Assembly: GCF_000315625.1 (NCBI RefSeq) | Contig: NW_005434650.1 | Location: 130,736-194,735, forward strand | Direction of reading: 5' to 3' | Length of the DNA: 64,000 nucleotides | From: Guillardia theta CCMP2712 | Lineage: Eukaryota > Protista > Cryptophyta | In this document: positions 62,325 to 64,000 of the stretch, in pieces | Position numbering within the stretch: position 1 is the stretch's first letter | Layout: each line of letters opens with the position of its first letter | Translations under genes and position numbers: made by a program | Notes under the pieces: generated by a model | What the model was told of the DNA's origin: nothing | Seen by the model: only the letters and a program-made list of their open reading frames with translations | Databases searched by the model: none

Positions 62325-64000
62325 CATGACGGAAAGTATCACCTCTCATGGTCTTGATCTAGAGCCTCTTCGGTACCGCCAATATCTTCTGCTTGACCTC
62401 GATCTCATCGGTTTGCGTTGCGTCCTCAAAAGAACTGCATACGATGAAAAAATTACAGCATGCACTAGAAGCAGCACGAGCCGAGCATGACAAGTTTGTC
62501 GTGCTATCACCAGTGGATTTACAACGTCAGGCAGAAGGCAGAAGTCAAAAGGAGAAGGACAAGTTCTTTCAAGACCTTGAATTCGAATGTGTGCACCTTA
62601 ACGATAGGTTGGAGATTTCTTGTCTGCCGTCGCAACGCAGGCATCTCTTTCTGCTCTCCTCTTGCTTGTCTCACTTGCTTTCAATCAGCAGCGATGAGGC
62701 TGGCCGCCAGTCGAGGGAGAACTCGACGGAGATGGAGGATGACACTGTTGAGAGTGATGAGGAAGGACACGAGGTTGACATGGAGCATGACGCTGACAGC
62801 GGTTTCGATGGCTGCAGATACACGCACGATGAACCTCTCTTCGGCAATGAGCAGCTCAACAATCACACGGACTGTCCGAACGCTCCTGAGTATGATGATG
62901 AGTATGCCATTGACAACCTGAAACGATTTCTACAACCTCGCCCGTTACATGACTTCACCAACGACGACATGGGGACCAGAATGCCCAAGACTGGCACTTA
63001 TCGCACGCTGATTCATGCTCCTGCCATCCCTCTGGGCCATCCTGAGCTCGAGCCGACCGTGATGAACGAACCCTGTGAGGACACAGGTGGTGGGGCCGGC
63101 AGACTGTGCAAGGCCTTTGAACAGCCTGTGACTGTCTATGATGCTAATGCAAGAGAGCCAAACTGGAGCAAATGGCGCGAAAGATTCTTGATCGGGATTG
63201 ACGAGACTGTCCTCAGCAGTGACAGCCGTTACGCGCTCCCTTCAAACTTGTTTGCTCCCACTAACAGCGGATGGACTCTTGGGCCGAACAAAGGGGAGAA
63301 GCAATTGTACAAAGATGGAGATCCGGGGAATGATCAGGGAAATTGTGGGCAAGATTTCGATAATCAAGAAGGGTTCTCTAGCAGCTTAAATTTTGAGTCC
63401 AGGTTTGAAAGTGGAAATCTGCTAAGTGCTATCCGAGTTGAGGAAAATACCTATGACCTTGTCTTGCGGCCTGATTTCTACACCTCAGGTCATACTCAAT
63501 GGTATTATTTCGCGGTAGAACGACCGGAAAGGGAGAAAGATCATGAAGCAAAGCTCTTTACCTTCCGAATCATCAACATGAACAAAGCAGAGTCGCTCTA
63601 CAAACACGGCCTGCTACCCCTGGTCAACTCCTCGCTCCGTCAAAAGGGATGGGAACGACGGGGAACGAACGTTCGGTACTATGAAAACAACAAACGGCAA
63701 GGGAAGAAACGCGGCCACACGTTGAGCTTCTCACTCGAAATACAAGCTGGCGAAATCTGGTGAGTCGAGAGGGATGTAGGGATTACTTAACTGATGATTT
63801 GAACCGCAGTTACATCGCTCACTGTTACCCCTACACGTACAGTGACCTGCTCAAAGACCTTGACAGTTGGGAAGCTGACGCTTCAAGGCAAAAATTCTTG
63901 AGGAGAAGAAATCTTTGCGAGACGATTGCAGGAAACCCTTGCGAGATCCTCTCAATCTCAGACACCAGCAATCCTGCAACTAACATGAACCGTCCAATAG
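62325..64000 (+). CDS. Cytosolic carboxypeptidase (M14D; CCP/Nna1/AGBL tubulin deglutamylase family); 3' end outside the window
   Basis: LNFESRFESGNL, YDLVLRPD, GHTQWYYF, FRIINMNK..SLY..G..P, spliced YIAHCYPYTYSDL, LCETIAGNPCEILSI. Confidence 0.92.

Overview
Gene-dense, intron-rich eukaryotic nuclear DNA with many short (~45-90 nt) spliceosomal introns. It is almost certainly from a cryptophyte alga, most likely Guillardia theta, because it carries a nuclear phycoerythrin alpha-subunit gene with tripartite targeting. About 26 protein-coding genes can be supported. Housekeeping genes include CWC22, a BUD31-like gene, HIT, COA4, TMEM184, Vps68/TMEM50, ATG7, POLR3H, a cytosolic carboxypeptidase, a PKD2-like channel and two kinases. 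No rRNA, tRNA, CRISPR array or coding transposon was seen. The most unusual items are: (1) a type II membrane protein with a coiled coil, a ~54-triplet collagen helix and three Cys/Trp-rich H-type-lectin-like repeats, an architecture resembling collectins and scavenger receptors; (2) a RelA/SpoT homologue with N-terminal EF-hands, a dead HD domain and an intact synthetase; (3) a phycoerythrin alpha subunit with a variant FDHQFC chromophore motif and a Lys-rich GGLF-repeat tail built from three mini-exons; (4) ubiquitin-like LRGG motifs after leader peptides; (5) a BUD31 paralogue that has lost most of its Zn-cluster cysteines; (6) two recurrent non-coding sequence types, CCGG/GGCC islands and TACCCC tracts. 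Exon boundaries were read by eye and are approximate unless stated.
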